The position numbers and the translations under genes are program-made. The notes beneath the pieces are model-generated. The model was given only the letters and a program-made list of their open reading frames with translations. It was not told the origin of the DNA and did no database searches. From the human T2T-CHM13v2.0 reference genome, Homo sapiens, in NCBI RefSeq assembly GCF_009914755.1, contig NC_060946.1: a stretch of 64,000 nt of DNA. One strand, 5' to 3'. Position 1 is the first letter of the stretch. Each line of letters opens with the position of its first letter. This document shows positions 34,110-51,101 of this stretch, piece after piece.

Positions 34110-35629
34110 TTACGTCTGTGAAGACCCTTTTTCCAAATAAAATCACAATGACAGGTTCCAGGTGTCAGGATGGAGACACAGCTCAACCTGCTACAGTAGC
34201 TTCAGGGTCTGCAGGTGGAAATAACTCAGGGGCTATTTGCTATGTGGAGGTGGGCCTCAGGTGGGCGAGGCTGGGCTTGTTGAGCTGCCCTGGAGATGGT
34301 CATTCCAGGTGAAGGAGGAGCAGGTACAAAAGAGGGCGCTGGAGAGAATGCTGGAAAACCTGGATATTCAAGGGGTCAGAGAAAGAGACTTTGTGGGAGA
34401 TTCTGGAGGTGAGGACTCTGGGGCAGGACAGGGAAAGAAGCATCAGATGGCTCAGAAATGTCTAGCGGGTGAGGACAGCAGGAAGTCTGCTGGATTTAGC
34501 CATGATAAGGCTGTTGGCAGTTCCTGAGATGGGGCCAGGAGGTAAGGCCTGAGCTGAGGGGAAGCATGTGTGGAAGCTCCCTAGGCAGCAGGGAGAGACA
34601 GCAAGTGAGTAAACACATGGACATATGTGGAACACTGTCCCTCTTTCTCTTTCTTCCTCACCTTCTCTCCCCCCTATCTCCCTTCTGTTTTTCAACGGGA
34701 GAGACTCTTTAACAGCTTCAGTGATGGATGTGGAGGTCTGTAGGTACTAGTGGAGAAAGATGTCCAAGCTATGTGTATTAAGTGAAAAAGGCAAGTTGAA
34801 GAACAGAAAATACAGAATGATACCATTGTATTTGTAATGCATACACGTAGGAAAATAGGAAAGAGACATAAAACATTGTTAAGAGGGGTTGCCTCTGAGT
34901 TTTGGGACTAGGGGTGGGGTAGAAAGGGGAATGTATGTTTCATTTTATACCCTTTCCCACTATTTGATTCACCCCCGCCATGAGCACATGTCTCTTTTGT
35001 AACAGAGCTCTAGTTTAATGATTTAAAGTGCTGGTGGTAAAGAGCCATCAGACATGGAAAGATGAAGTTCCAGAAGTGAGAGGTTGCTGAGGAGGCAGGA
35101 ACTTGGTGTCCTCTGGCAAGGTCTGCCTGACCCTGGGTGGGAGAGGTGGGGGCCCTGAAGGGCATGGTGGGGCTAGGATGGGAAGTGAAGGGCTTTACTC
35201 CTTGAAGTTTGAAGGGAAGCCCTGAGTGGGGAGGCCTCAGTAGCAGGGTGAGGGGTAGAGGGTCTGAAAGCCAACTACAGGGACCAGGGCAGGCAGTGGC
35301 AGCAGGAGGCCGTCTGTGAGGTTATGGCTCATTTGCTGGTCTTGTCCTCCTGGGCAGTGGCTGATTGATGTTTTAGTACTTTTGGGCTACTATAACAGAA
35401 TACCAGACTTCCCTGTACTTGTGGGCAATCACAGGGAGAAAAAGGAGAAGGGTCTGTGTGTCTGTTTCCCCAAAGGTCTGTGGGCCTGGTAGCTGGACAG
35501 CCCTTTGGGAACGTCCTAGTGAACACTGTCCTCAGCCTGTGGTCTCACACCAGGAAGAAGTCAGGTGGCAGAGCTCTTGTCTGAGTGTGCAACCCTGGCT
35601 GTAACCAACATCTGGCTGCGGTCTCTTTC

Positions 35630-35910
35630 CCCATCTTAAACCACATGAATTTATTCCTCACAGTTCTGAATGCTATGAAGTCCAAGATCAAGGTGCCACA
35701 GCAGATCTGGTGTCTGTTGAGGGCCCACTTTCTGGTTTTTGATGGTGCCTTCTCACTGTGTTCTTACATGGTGCAGGAAGCAAGCATGCCCTCTTGGTCT
35801 TTTAAAAGGACTCTACCCTCATGACCTAATCACCTCTGAAAGAGCCCTATCACATTGGAGATTAGGATTTCAACATATGAATTTGGGGCAGACATAAGCA
35901 TTCAGTCTGT
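35630..35910 (-). mobile_element. MaLR LTR fragment (MLT1A-like)
   Basis: aagtccaagatcaaggtgcc...ccctcatgacctaatcacctc...ggattttcaacatatgaattt. Confidence 0.7.
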
Positions 35911-37726
35911 CTCAGTGTTCCACTGCATCTCCTGTACCAGGCCTTTCGGTGGGCACAGCACATGGTCATTGACTGCGTCTACACAGGGTATGGCTTGAGG
36001 ATTGGTTAGGTTCTCCAAGATGAAGCTGTGTAGGATGTGGTAATGCACCGCCTTTGATAATGGGAGGGCAGAGAGGCCTTACAGGTACTGCCCAGATAGT
36101 AGACAGGAGTGGCTGGGAGGAGGTAGAGCCCCAAAGGTGGCTGTCCTGGAGGGTGGAGCGGCCTCTCCTGTATTACCTTGGCTTAGAATGAGCTCGCAGG
36201 GAGCTGGGGATAAGGAGGTGGGCAGCCTCAGGGCTGGCTAGGCGGAGGCATCACTTGGGGGAAGAAGGGTAGGTAATGGAGGTTGTGCATGGTGGGAAGA
36301 TGAGGAGAGAGACTTCAGCCAGGTGGTGGTTACAGCCATGTTTCCACACCCAAGACGAGCTCTTCACCTGACATTTTCCTGGTGTGAGACCACAGGCTGA
36401 GAGGCCAGGCAGGGTTCACCAGGACACTCTGAAAGAGCTGTCTGGCTCCCAGGCCCACAGGCCTTCGAGGGAATAGACACATAAGCCTTGCTCCTTTTTC
36501 TCCTGGTATCTGCCCACACCCATATCCTGGAAAGCTGCGTGATTTATGTCCACCAGAGGGGATTTGCTCTGAGGCTGTGGCCTGCAGGAGCGCCCTTCCG
36601 CTGGAGGGTGGGAGGACTGTCTAAGGCAGTCACAGCAAGGAGAGGCACGGTGTGGGCACTGCTGCTATTTCTAACCTGCTGGAGTGAAGGGAACCTTGAC
36701 TACTTGAAAAGCAGGCTGATTGTCAGGGGCGGAACCGAACTCAGAGCTGTCAGGGCCGTCACATGGAAAGTGCCTGGCAGGGGGCGGCGACAGGGGGCTT
36801 GGGCTGACAGGGCTGTGATTTTGAAAGAAACGTCTCCAAGAAAGTGATTTAAAGTAGGAGAGAAATATTATTATTAGATAATGGCTGTCAGGTTATTTTT
36901 TGATGTGTTTTCTGAGTATTTCATAATCATCTTGCGCTTAGATGGTAAGCCCTTCCTGGCTAGGGGCCGTGTCCCATCCCATGCCTCTGTGGCTTTCACC
37001 TTCGGGTGTGCAACAGGTATCAGGAGGTATTTGCTGTTTGGCTAATGGTCACTTCAGTGGAAGGTTTTATAACTAATTCTCTAGCCTTGGTTAATAAACT
37101 ACAAATGTGGATGAGCACTTAGGGCTTCCATCTGAACACCTGGGCCCCTCCAAGCCCACCCAACACCAGATGTAGAACTGGCCTCCCCCAGCAGGAGCAG
37201 CAGGACAGAGTGGCCAGGGTCTTTATTCACCATAAGGCCATCCATGTGATCCCAGGTCATGGCCTCTCCATCCAACCTGTCTCCTGAGCCCCATTTTCCA
37301 AGCCCCTCGGCTCCCACAGCCTGCCTCACACCCTAGGCTCAGCATAGCCCTGATTCTGGTTCAGAAACACTTTTGAGAATCTGTTCCCTCCTTTCTGTGC
37401 TGACTGCCAGGACTTTAATTCCTACCGTGATTTCAGCAACTCTAAAACACCAACCTCTTAACTGGCCTCCCCATTGCCAGGCCTAACCGTGCTGACTCTG
37501 CTGAGGTCTCCCTGCCAATTGCAGGTAAAGTCCAGGTTCAGTGTAGTGTTCTGTCATGGCTGGACCCCACTGCTCGCCAGCTCCCTTGGGCCCTGGCACT
37601 GAGCGCCTTCTAGCCAGGACATCCTCACCTCTTTGGCTGATAAATAGCTACAAGAAATGGGAGAGAGATTTTAAGTGGAGCAGACTGCATCAAAATCCCC
37701 TTCCCTCTTTTTTCCTGCCCATCTAG

Positions 37727-37898
37727 GAAGCTTGATCTGCCCAGGGAAGCTTTCGAAGCTGCCTCCAGAGAAGACTTTGAACTGCAGGGATATGCCTTTG
37801 AAGCAGCGGAGGAGCAGCTGAGACGACCCCGCATTGTGCACGTGGGGCTGGTTCAGAACAGAATCCCCCTCCCCGCAAATGCCCCTGTGGCAGAACAG
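37727..37898 (+). CDS. UPB1: UPB1 coding exon 2 ([57 protein letters not shown])
   Basis: Pyrimidine tract + ctag acceptor, 172 nt, CAG|GT donor; phase continues exon 1. Confidence 0.97.
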
Positions 37899-39745
37899 GT
37901 GCAGACTCTTTTGACCATAATAAATACACAAACAGGGTTGTGGCCTGCCCTTGGAGCACACCTGCAGGCCCTGGCTGGCCGCATACTCCGGGTCTGCAGG
38001 CTTGGGCGCCTCAAGCAGTAGCAGAGGCGCTTCTGCCCTGGCCTCCCCACATCCCTCCAGCCTGCATCTCTGGCTCTTCTGTCTTCCTGTTCTTATTCTG
38101 TCTCTCCCTCCTCCTCACTGATCTTTCCACTTCTCTCCAGCTATTGATCTGAAGCTCCATTTACCAACCGGGAGGGTGCCCTTTTGGCCTGCTCGTGCTC
38201 TCCACGGGACGCTGCCTCTCAGCTGCCTGCCAGGAGGCGGCCAGCCAGCACACGCTGGTTGGGACCGTCTGTCCGTGTGTTCTTCTGCCTTAATCCTCAG
38301 GGCGGGGACTCGCTATACCCAGAAGTCTGTCAGTTGTGGTGCCTACAGGATTACGGGAATAGATAGGCATTCGCTTATGACCTCAGAGTTAGTAAATAAA
38401 GGTGACAGCATCTTGTATCTCCCTAAAGAAACATGTTGTCACAGGCGCAGGTGGTTTGCTTTATACACTTCTCCACAGCATTCCTCCAGCTGCTCAAACT
38501 TTCAGGGATTTTCCTGCACAGGTTTCCTCAGGATACGGCGTGTTTGAGGATTCTTAGGGATTCTGGAGAAACCTAAGGCCTCTTGGATTCCAGGTTTGGT
38601 TCTGCATCATCATTCACATTGGTCCTTCCTTTGCTTTTGTTGGATTCACAGATGTCTGGTTCTCAGTTCTCTCACTTTTTGTATCAGGATTTGTTTTTTG
38701 TGGATATGTCCCCTCTATCATCCCAGACTGTCAAGTCATAGGACCAGCTATGTTTTTTTCACGTGCACAGGGCCTAGAAGTATGCTTTGCGTTTTGCTAA
38801 CACCAAGCAAATGTGTGTTTGCGGGGCTGATGCTGTCAGCAAATATCCACAAAGCCATGGGGTGCACAGCCTCTCAAAGGAGGAGACTATAGGCCTTGTG
38901 GAGAGTTTGTGCGCTCTGGGTTTTCAGCCTGGTTCCTTTGGTCTGTCTTTGAACAAACGCTTTTGAATGTCTCCTGGGAGCCAGGCATTGTGCCAAGGAC
39001 AAGCAGACAATGAGGATGCTTTCTTCCTATCCCCAAGGAGCCTGTGGGGTCCTGGGAGTGACAGACAGCAGAGGAAGAGTGGCACACAAAGCAGTGGCAC
39101 ACAATGGCTCCCGAAGGCCAGGGGATGCTGAGTTACCTTGACACTTGGCCCATAGCTGTGAGAGCCTGCAGAGGCCCACAGAGGGGTGACATGTGACATA
39201 GATAACACCTCCAGGAAGATTAGGTGGGAGGAGGGAAGTACATTCCTGGCCCAGGGCACAGCACACACCAAAGCACGGGGATTTAAAAGAGCCAGAGAGG
39301 CGAGGCATTCCATGATAAGATGCACACAGGATAAGTAGGATAAGTGTGGAACCAGGCTTGCCTCTGAAGGCAGGAGAGTGGGGAGCGGAGTCCCAGGCCA
39401 AGGGGGTGGCTGACCTGGGAGATGGGTGTGAACGTGGGCCCTGGACCGGAAGCAGCACCATCCTCATCCCTGCCTCTCAGCAACCCCACAGGTCAGGTGG
39501 CAGCCTCCCCATTACCAGGTGAGGAAACTGAGGCAGTGTCCAAGTGTCTGACCCCAGAGCCTCTGCACCTCCAGCTTTTCATGCAGATTTTGGACATCAG
39601 GAGATAACCAAATATAGAACCTCCCCACCCTACTCCTCATACCTGCCCAGGTGGGCATTGATTTTTCCATATGCATTAGGATGAGATCCTAAAAATTGCC
39701 TTACCAATAGAACTAAATGGATTCTAATCCTTTTTAAATTCTCAG

Positions 39746-39833
39746 GTCTCTGCCCTTCATAGACGCATAAAGGCTATCGTAGAGGTGGCTGCAATGTGTG
39801 GAGTCAACATCATCTGTTTCCAGGAAGCATGGA
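39746..39833 (+). CDS. UPB1: UPB1 coding exon 3, contains catalytic Glu119 (IICFQEAW)
   Basis: ctcag acceptor, 88 nt, A|GTGAGT donor; nitrilase-family FQE motif. Confidence 0.97.
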
Positions 39834-41066
39834 GTGAGTCTTTTTTATGGTGCTTTCTCTGCTGCCTTCAAACAATTGTGTATTCTCTCCATGTTGCCAA
39901 GAGTGTCTGCTGCCTGACTTTTAAAGAATCTCCTTTGTTTCCTCATCCATGGAAAGTTCTCTGTCCACATCACCAGGAACCCCGGCCTCCCTGCTGTTAC
40001 GCACCGAGCTGTTGTCTGATTCCTTCAGTTTTCCCACATCGTTCTGAATCCATTCGCTCCTCTCCATCTCTCTACCACCACCTGGTCCAAGCCCCTGGCA
40101 GCTCACCTCTGGCTTTTGTAATTCCCTCCAGCTGGTCTCCTGTGCCCTCCTGACCAGGACTTCTTTACCTTCAGATCTCAGCCCAGAGCCAGCCCCCCCA
40201 TCTAAACATCCTGGTAGTATGTACCTTTGTGGTTTTTATTTTTATCAGAGTTTTACATGCTCATGGTTTAGAGTCAGATGGGTGTACAAGGTCTGTTACC
40301 AAAAAATAGCTATTATCCCCAGCATCAACACTGAGCTAGTTCCTTTGGAATTTACCTTTGTTAGTGTTGCTACTTCCTAATTTTTTAGTTTTGCATCACC
40401 TATTGACTTCCCCCTATGGAAGATGTCAGTGTTAGCCCTTTCTTGCCTCCTCCTGGCCCTTCGACATACATGTGTCCTTGTTCTATCCCCCCAGCCCATT
40501 TTGTCAACTTTGATTCCTTTTCTTTTTTTTTAAGACAAGGACTTACTCTGTCACCCAGGCTTAGAGTACAATCACAGCTCACTGCAGCCTTGATCCCAGG
40601 CCCAAGCAATCCTCCCACCTCAGCCTCCCAAGTAGCTGGGACCACAGGTGCACACCATCACGCCCAGCTAATTGAAAAAAAAAAGTTTGTAGAGATGGAG
40701 ATCTCACTATATTGCTAGGCTGAACTTTGATTTCTTTTCCTGAATTATTTTCTGTTTTCCCTAGAGTTTGCTTTGTTTTCTACTTGCCACGCATTCAACC
40801 CCAAACTTTCTATCAATTCCTAAATCTCCCTTAATGTGTTTTAGACGCATCAAACAGTCTATCAGTTTCATCTCCTCCAAGGAATCTGCCCCAGAGCCTT
40901 GTGACTGCTGTGGTCTGAATCAGGTGCCCCCTCTGCTGGCCACACAGTTATTGTCCTGGGATCCCCCCTCATCATCACCCTGGGGAATCCCTTTGCCTTG
41001 CTCTTGTGTTTCTCTGTTCCCACAGCTTCCTCTTTCTTGGTTTATACCCTTATTTTAGTGGAGTGG

Positions 41067-41845
41067 TGTAGTGGATCCTTATAGATTTATGTTGCCTCGG
41101 CATCCATGTTGAATACAAGTTTAACTCTCTCATACCAGCGGCAGGGCTCGGTCACGCTGGACACAGTTTCCAGATCTACACCACACCGAGATGGCTCAAG
41201 CCAAGTGGCCAGAGGTAAGAACTTAAGAGGCCTCTCTCCCACCAGCAGACTGGGCTGCCCACTTTCCTGCTGCTTCCTTTAAATGGACCATCCAGGCATT
41301 TGGCCATTAACTTAAGGTGACCACATCTTAGTCATTATGTGTACTGCTAGTTGCCCCATACTCTCTCTGACTCTTCATTTCTCCCTCATCTGACCTGGGG
41401 ACAGAGGACTGCCCTCCTGACTCATGGCACTCTCCTTGCCCAGGATCTGTAAGTAAAAAAATCTTTAAACTTGTTTCCTATTGCGATTGTGTGTTGAATT
41501 TGCACCTTCCATGAGAAGAACCAGGGGCTGCCCCAGGCTGGGTTTTCCTTGGGATACCGGTGGAAACACAAAGTTGGGCTCCTAGGGCCAGAGTGGTAGT
41601 CAGGCAGGGACAGGTCAGGCAAGAGCTGCCACACAGCATGTGCCAGTATAAACAAGTTTCACGTATGAGGGACCCCCTGGTCACGGGTTGGACAGAGAGG
41701 CATTAGGCTGTCCACCATGTACAAGATGTATCCTGTGAAAGGCACACTGTAGAGACCACATCCAGCTCCCTTCATTTCCTGTTAGTGCTGGGTTGCCAAC
41801 CGCTCTGGTACTGGAGCCCCCATTTAGCTAGGGACTCTCAGAACA
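41067..41845 (+). mobile_element. Solo ERVL-class LTR (MER54/MER73-like)
   Basis: TG...CA ends, 5-bp flanking repeat agtgg/agtag, 5' motif gttgcctcggcatccat...ctcataccag...acacagtttccag. Confidence 0.75.
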
Positions 41846-43314
41846 AGTAGTTCCCTGAGGAAGAACACATCAGAGGTAAACTTTTTGAGGCCTTGCCCAT
41901 CTGAAAATATGTTCCTTCTACAATTTTCTTGATAGTTTGGTTGAGCATCAAATTTTAGGTTAGAAATCATTTTCCTTCAGAAGTTTGAACACATTGTTCC
42001 ATTGTCTTCTAGTTTTTTGGGCATTGTTGAGTAGTCCACAGCCATTTTAATTTGTGACCCATTGTCTATGACTTGTTTTTCTCTGGAAGACTGTAGGAGT
42101 TTCTCTTTTTCACCAGTACTCTACAATTTCATAATGATATTCCATTGTGTATATCTATTTTAATCCACTCTAGGCACTCAGTGGGTTCTTTTAGTCTAGA
42201 AACTTGGGTTCTGAAGCTCTAGGAAATGTTCTTGCATTATTTCATTCATTATTTTCCCCTCTTTTTTTCTCTTTCTAGACAGTCCTACTATTAGGATGTT
42301 GGAACCCTGGACTAGTTCCCTAATTTTGTTATGTATTTCCTCCTTTTTTTTTTTTTTTTTTTTTTTGATACGTGGTCTTACTCTGTCACTGAGGCTGTAG
42401 TGCAGTGGCACAATCACAGCTCACTGCAGCCTTGACCTCCCAGGATCAAGCAATCCTCCCGCCCCAGCCTCCTGAGTAGCTGGGACCATAGATGCATACC
42501 ACCACACCTGGCTAATTTTCTTGAATTTTTTTTTTTTTTTTTTTTGTAAAGATGAGATCTGTGTTGCCCAGGCAGGTCTCAAATTCCTGGGCCCAAGCAA
42601 TTCTCCCACCTTGGACTCCCAAAATGCTGCAACTATAGGCGTGAGCCACAGGGCCCAGTCACCACTTTGTCTTTTTGCTCAATTTTCTGGTGGATTTGAT
42701 CTGATTTGTCAGTCAGCCCTCCTATTCAACCTTTCATTTCTGCTGTCAAATTTTGAATTTACTAGTGTTCTTTTGGTCTGAAAGTCCCTGTTGTATTACA
42801 TCCTGTTCTTGCATCATGGTTGCGATATCTTCTCTTACCTCTAAGGATACTAATATTAAGTAAATTTTGTTTTCTCTCTTATTCCAAGAGTCCTTATTCC
42901 AAGTTGGACGCTTTGTTTGATTGCTCATATTTTAAGAATTGGGGATTAAAAATCTGTGAGCTCTGAGTTTGTAGTAGGGGCTCACCCACTGAGCTCCATT
43001 ATAGGGTGATCTGATTTAGTGGTAATTCCCAGGTAATCCCAGTGTTAGTATCTCTGGGTCATTCTTTTCAGGCTGGTCAGAGTCCCCAGAGATTTTTCTG
43101 CCCTTGTGCCAAGAAGGGAAGGAGAACAAAGGTTCAGCATGCTGATGTTTACTCAATCCCTCTGTTTTGACACTTCACTTGCTTTCATCTGCCCTGCTCC
43201 AAAGCCAGAGAGCCTCTGCTGAACCATCTCTGGAGGATGAGCCTCTGGCCTTCTTCTGGGGTAGATGGGGCAGGTCCCAGCCTCTTGGTGTGGAGAAAGG
43301 ACCTGGATTTCTAA

Positions 43315-43633
<319 letters not shown>

Positions 43634-43636
43634 TAA

Positions 43637-43952
<316 letters not shown>

Positions 43953-45149
43953 TAAATAGACCTTTGACCAGTCCTTGTTTATCATACTTCCCTGCTTCCC
44001 CACCTTCAGAGGTACCTGGTGCCCCTGGGTCCTGAGCTTTGGATAAGCAGGAGATCTTCTCTACTGCTAGCGGGACTCAGTTTTCTCTGATCTGCTGAGA
44101 GATTTGCCTGCATCTTTCCGCCTTCCAGCTTCCCGTGTTTCCGTGCCTCAGTGCACCATCCTTGTTGGGTATATGCCTTTGCATGAACATTGCTTTCCTG
44201 TCATGTTAATGGGGTTTCAGGAAAGAACACGTGTCTGTGTCCCAGAAGTTCATGTCATTTTCCTATTTTTGTTACCTTTGTACTCTCACTCTTCATTAGA
44301 CTATGAGCTCCATGAGGATAGTATCTGTGTTTGTTTTTCCCAACTCTCCACCCACCCCTGTTTCATCTTTAGTGGCAAGAATAATCCCTAGTGCATGACA
44401 GGCACTACAAATTAGTATTGGCTGGATAGTTGAACTAACATCTCCCCTTTCTTGGATCTGGAACTCCCCCTCATTTATCAAAGTCTAGCACAGGTACCCC
44501 TCCTTTGTGGGGCCCTGGGGACTCCCCCAGGACTCCCCCTGACCACTCTGTATTGCCAGGTTGTGTGGCCGCACCAGGTTCTAATTCATCTCCTTCCCTC
44601 TAGGCTGGCAGTTCCTGAGGGCCAGGTGTTAGTTAGGTCAGTGCATGTGGAACCTCGTCCCCTCTAGTTGAAGAACTGTAGTTGGGACTTTGCAGCCAGC
44701 CTCACCCAACCTCACTTCCACATCCTTCTTTTGAAAGTGTGTTTACATTAGAGTGGTTGTGTAAACAGGAAAAGAAGCTGCTTATTCTCTGGGGGCACTT
44801 GACTCACTCCTAATGCTCTGAAAGCTGAGAATTAATGGTCATTAAGGAGCATTTGTGTTTTCAACAGCTTTTCTGTTGGCTTCCTTAAAATAATTCATCT
44901 CTCTTCACAGAAGGCGAGCCTGGGGAGCCTTGAGCCTGCTACCAAGGCCCCCAGGACTGTTGCTGGCAGTGCCTGCCGCCTGCTTGGCAAGATGGTGGTG
45001 GTGCCATTGGCGGGATATTTACTGTGGTACTCTCTTAGGACCAGGCTTCCTGGGACCGGAAGGAATTGAGAGGCTGAGGCTTCTCTTCCTTCTCTGTGAA
45101 ATAAAGGGGGTGACACCAGCTTAGGGATGTTGGAGACGATCTGCCTATT

Positions 45150-45680
45150 ACGAAGATAGGAGTTATAAAGAAATACTTTTTAGGCAACTAGAAAGGAGTA
45201 AAAGGAATAAAGGAGTAAAGGTTCTCAGTGGAAATTTTCCTGTAATAAGAAGCAACTCCTGAACCATTTCTTTTCTAACCGAAAAGGCGGCTTAAAGAGC
45301 CAGGCCAGCAAGCTTTGATATGCAAATGTCGGCAATTAGAAACTAGGTCCACCCAACATGGCAATTCCTGCCCTCTTCTCCTTGTCACCACCTGTGCCAA
45401 GTGTCATGACCGCCTCCAGATAACTCATACATGTTCAGGACATCATGGCAGCTCACGTTTGCATATTAAAGGGCTAAGGTGGGAGGGCTAGATTTTTTGC
45501 GGGCTACTTGAATGTCACACCTGGTCAAACCAATCCCCTGGGCCCTATGCAAATCAGACCCCACCTCCTCCAGCCCCCCAATATAACCAACCACTTTTCC
45601 GCTGCACACCGGATTTCTCTTGGTTCAGACTCCCCTGGCCCCCTCCGCCGTATGGGGGAGCTGTTTTCTTCTTTCTACCA
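45150..45680 (+). mobile_element. ERV1-class LTR (LTR9/MER61/MER50-like), 3'-truncated
   Basis: ggagttataaagaaat..ttaggca start, catttcttttctaac, caagctttgatatgcaaat, CCAAT; subfamily assigned by eye. Confidence 0.65.
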
Positions 45681-45883
45681 GGCACCATGCTTCACATATG
45701 CCTGGCATTTAGGAGATACTGTCTACAATTGTTAATTCTAAAGGGGTCTTAAGGCCCTCGCAGAGGCCAGTTAAACACTGCCCCATCACATCACACAGCT
45801 TCCTGCACACCCCCCTCAAGTTAGTTCAAAGTAGCTGGAACAATAGCAGACAACTGGAAACTTCTGTTAGGCTAATCCCTCTA

Positions 45884-46539
<656 letters not shown>

Positions 46540-47339
46540 TTATTGTGAGGTGGGAGATCTACAAAGTATACTGAATTAGTCCAGACAAGGATTGAGTTCT
46601 CCACATTGAGAAAGAAAAAGACGAATAGCACAGTAGGAAATAGGCAAAGGGTATGAACAAAAAAATGTAGGGGAGGAATCCAGACTGGCCAGTGAATGTG
46701 TGGTGAGGGGTTCAGCCTCACCGGGGATATGGGAAACATTTACTCACAGTGAGGCACCGTTCACACCAGCAGACTGGCAGGTACTAAAGGTAACTCCATG
46801 CACTGCAGATATTCACGTGTGGCTGGGCTGTAGAGCAGCATTAGGCACATAGCCAAAGGTCCCAAGGGCCCACCCCAGCGGAGTCCCCTCCATCCCCTGC
46901 ATAGGAGACTGCTCTGAACTTGGTGTGCATGGAGATGACCAGCATCTTTGAACTGTTAATCTGTGTGTATGTACCTACTGTTTGAAAAAAAAAAAAAAAA
47001 GCAAAAACCAATGAGTCGAATGAAATTTCCTACTGAATTAGCTCCTAGGTGGGGCCTGGCCAGAGATCATGAGAATAAGAGCATTAATCCTTGCAGATGT
47101 TCATCCTGTCCAGTGGTTCCCAAACTTTTTGTGGGATCATTAATGAGTAGCTTTTCTTATTTCTGAAGAAGCCTCCTTGTCACTAGGAGGAGGGGGGGTC
47201 CCAGTGCCATCCCCAGCAGCCTTCTGATACTTTCCCCAAGGAGTCAATGGAGCTCCTGCCACCCTGCAGATTGGCCAACAGCATGAGATCTGCTGGTTGG
47301 GAACTTTGGCAATTTAAAACTTTTTGTGTGTGTGGCATA

Positions 47340-48125
<786 letters not shown>

Positions 48126-48272
48126 CTGCAATTGTTTTTAAGACTTTGGGAAAGACATTTGGCCCAGCCCCTTGTTTTGCCATGAAGCCCAGAGGTAAGG
48201 GCTGCCCACAGCCAGGAACAGGACCCAGAAGCCAGGCCATGGCACTCCTGAGACTGTATTCTTTTGCAGTGA

Positions 48273-48455
<183 letters not shown>

Positions 48456-49182
48456 TAACGGTGCCTCTGGCAGCAGCTGCCAAATATGTGCAAGTCACAG
48501 AGCATGACCACAGCTGCCGGGTTTGGCCTTTCACCATGGAAAATGCACCCATTTGGTGCTTGTTTTGCCAGATAAGATTAGATAAGACTATCTGCCACTT
48601 TTTTTTTAGCGTACTCTTAGAATTGGGGCGTGTAAGGCTCCAGAAGGGCCATTAGCTTTTTCAGGCAAGGGAGCTGCAGCCCAGGGAGGGTGGTCGGAGG
48701 TGACTTTTGTAGCAAGTCCCACAGCTGGCAAGTGGCAGAGCTGGCATTCAGGGACCAGAGAAGCCAGTTTCTCATCCAGAGCTCTGCATGCTCCACTGCA
48801 GTTTGCTTGAGTCACAGAAGCTTCGATGCATGGCCTGTGTCTCATCAGCATAGAAATTGGTTTTGATTTTTCTTCATTAAAACCTTATAATACATATTGT
48901 ATGATCCCATTTATATAAACTGTCCAGAATAGGCAAATCCATAGAGACAGAAAGTAGATAAGTGGTGGCTAAGGGCTGGGGGTGAGGGAGGAAGGGAGTG
49001 ACTGCTAATGGATACAAAGTTTCCGTTTAGGGTGATGAAAATGTTCTAAAATTAGATAGTGGTGAAGGTTGCACAACTCTGTGAATATCCTGAATACTAC
49101 TGAATTGCACACTTCAAAAGAGTGACTCCTTGTTCTGCTGTTTCCCACCTCTCGCTACTGTACTTGACCAATCTTAAAGTGA

Positions 49183-49456
<274 letters not shown>

Positions 49457-50129
49457 TGATCCGCCACCTCGGCCTCCCAAAGTGCTGGGATTATAGGCGT
49501 GAGCCACCGCACCTGGCCTGAATTATATCTTAATAAAACTGTTATCAGAAAACCCATGAGGTGACGAATGGTCATTTATCCTTATTTTCACCTCTAACAC
49601 AATAACTCTTTTCATTTCTTTGTATTCTCTTTCAGGTTTTATACATATACTTAGGGGCTTTTGGGGCAGAGCTATAATCATGGTGACTTTATCAATACTC
49701 AGTTGTGATTCCAAACATCGATGTTCTCAGGCTGTAGGGGAAAAAAAAAAATCTCTCATTCACCAGGTTGTTGATTTCTTGCTATGGAAAAAAGAGGAAG
49801 GAGACTGGTTAGGGGACTTTTGCAGATGATAAGTCTGAGCCAGGGCTGGAGGAAGAGTGTGAAAGAGAGCTGGTGCCAGAGACACTCCGCCTCCACAGGG
49901 ACCTGAGGCTGCCCTTAGCATGGCTCCTAGTGTTGCCTTCTGAGCATGCCTCTCCCCTATCCTGTTGTTAAGGCCAGAGATCATGACGGCTAATTAGAGT
50001 AGAGGACAAATGACCCGCTGGGCTGCTCATCCTGTGGTCACCAGGGACTGATGTTCTTACTTGAGACAAAAGGAATTTGATGCCAAAGAAATTTATTTTT
50101 GGCATAGATAAGTCGTTTGATTATTATTT

Positions 50130-50750
50130 TTATTCTTTTTTCAAGTGGTAAAATATACATATAAAATGTACTATTTTAACCACTTTTAAGTGCACAGTTC
50201 AGTAGTGTAAAGTATATTCACACTGTGCGGATCTCCAGAATTTTTGCATCTTGCAAATCTGACTCTGTCCCATTAAACAATAGCTCCCCATTCCCCCAGC
50301 CCCTGGCAACCACCGTTCTATTAATATTATAGTTTCCATTTCTGTGAGTTTGACTACTCTAGATACCTTACACAAGTGGAATCATACAGTATTTGTCTTT
50401 TTGGGACTGGCTTATTTCATTTAGCATAGTATCATCAAGGTTCATCCATGTGTAGCGTAGAACCGTGGCATCTAAGGCTGAATGATACTCCATTGTATGG
50501 ATGTGCCATGTTTCATTTATCCATTCACCCATTGATGGGCACTTGGTTGGCTCCCACCTCTTTGCTATTGTGAATAATGCTGCAATGAATATGCGTTTGC
50601 AAATCTCTTCTGCTTTCAATACTTTTGGATATATACCCAGGATTAGGATTGCCAGATCAAATGGTAATTCTTGTTTAATTTTTTGAGGAACTCCCATATG
50701 GTTTTCCAGAGCAGCTGCACCATTTTACTCTACCACCAACTGTGTACAGG
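50130..50750 (-). mobile_element. L1MB-type 3' fragment
   Basis: ORF 50368..50697(-) resembles the L1 ORF2 C-terminus (FIAALFTIAKRWEPTKCPS). Confidence 0.85.
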
Positions 50751-50852
50751 ACAATGTGATTCTTATTTAGCAAAGCATGGACATCAGGGTATTTAGTGTT
50801 CCAAACAACAAATGCAAGTGGTTGCTCTGACCCAAGCCTATTGATTTAGTAG

Positions 50853-51101
<249 letters not shown>

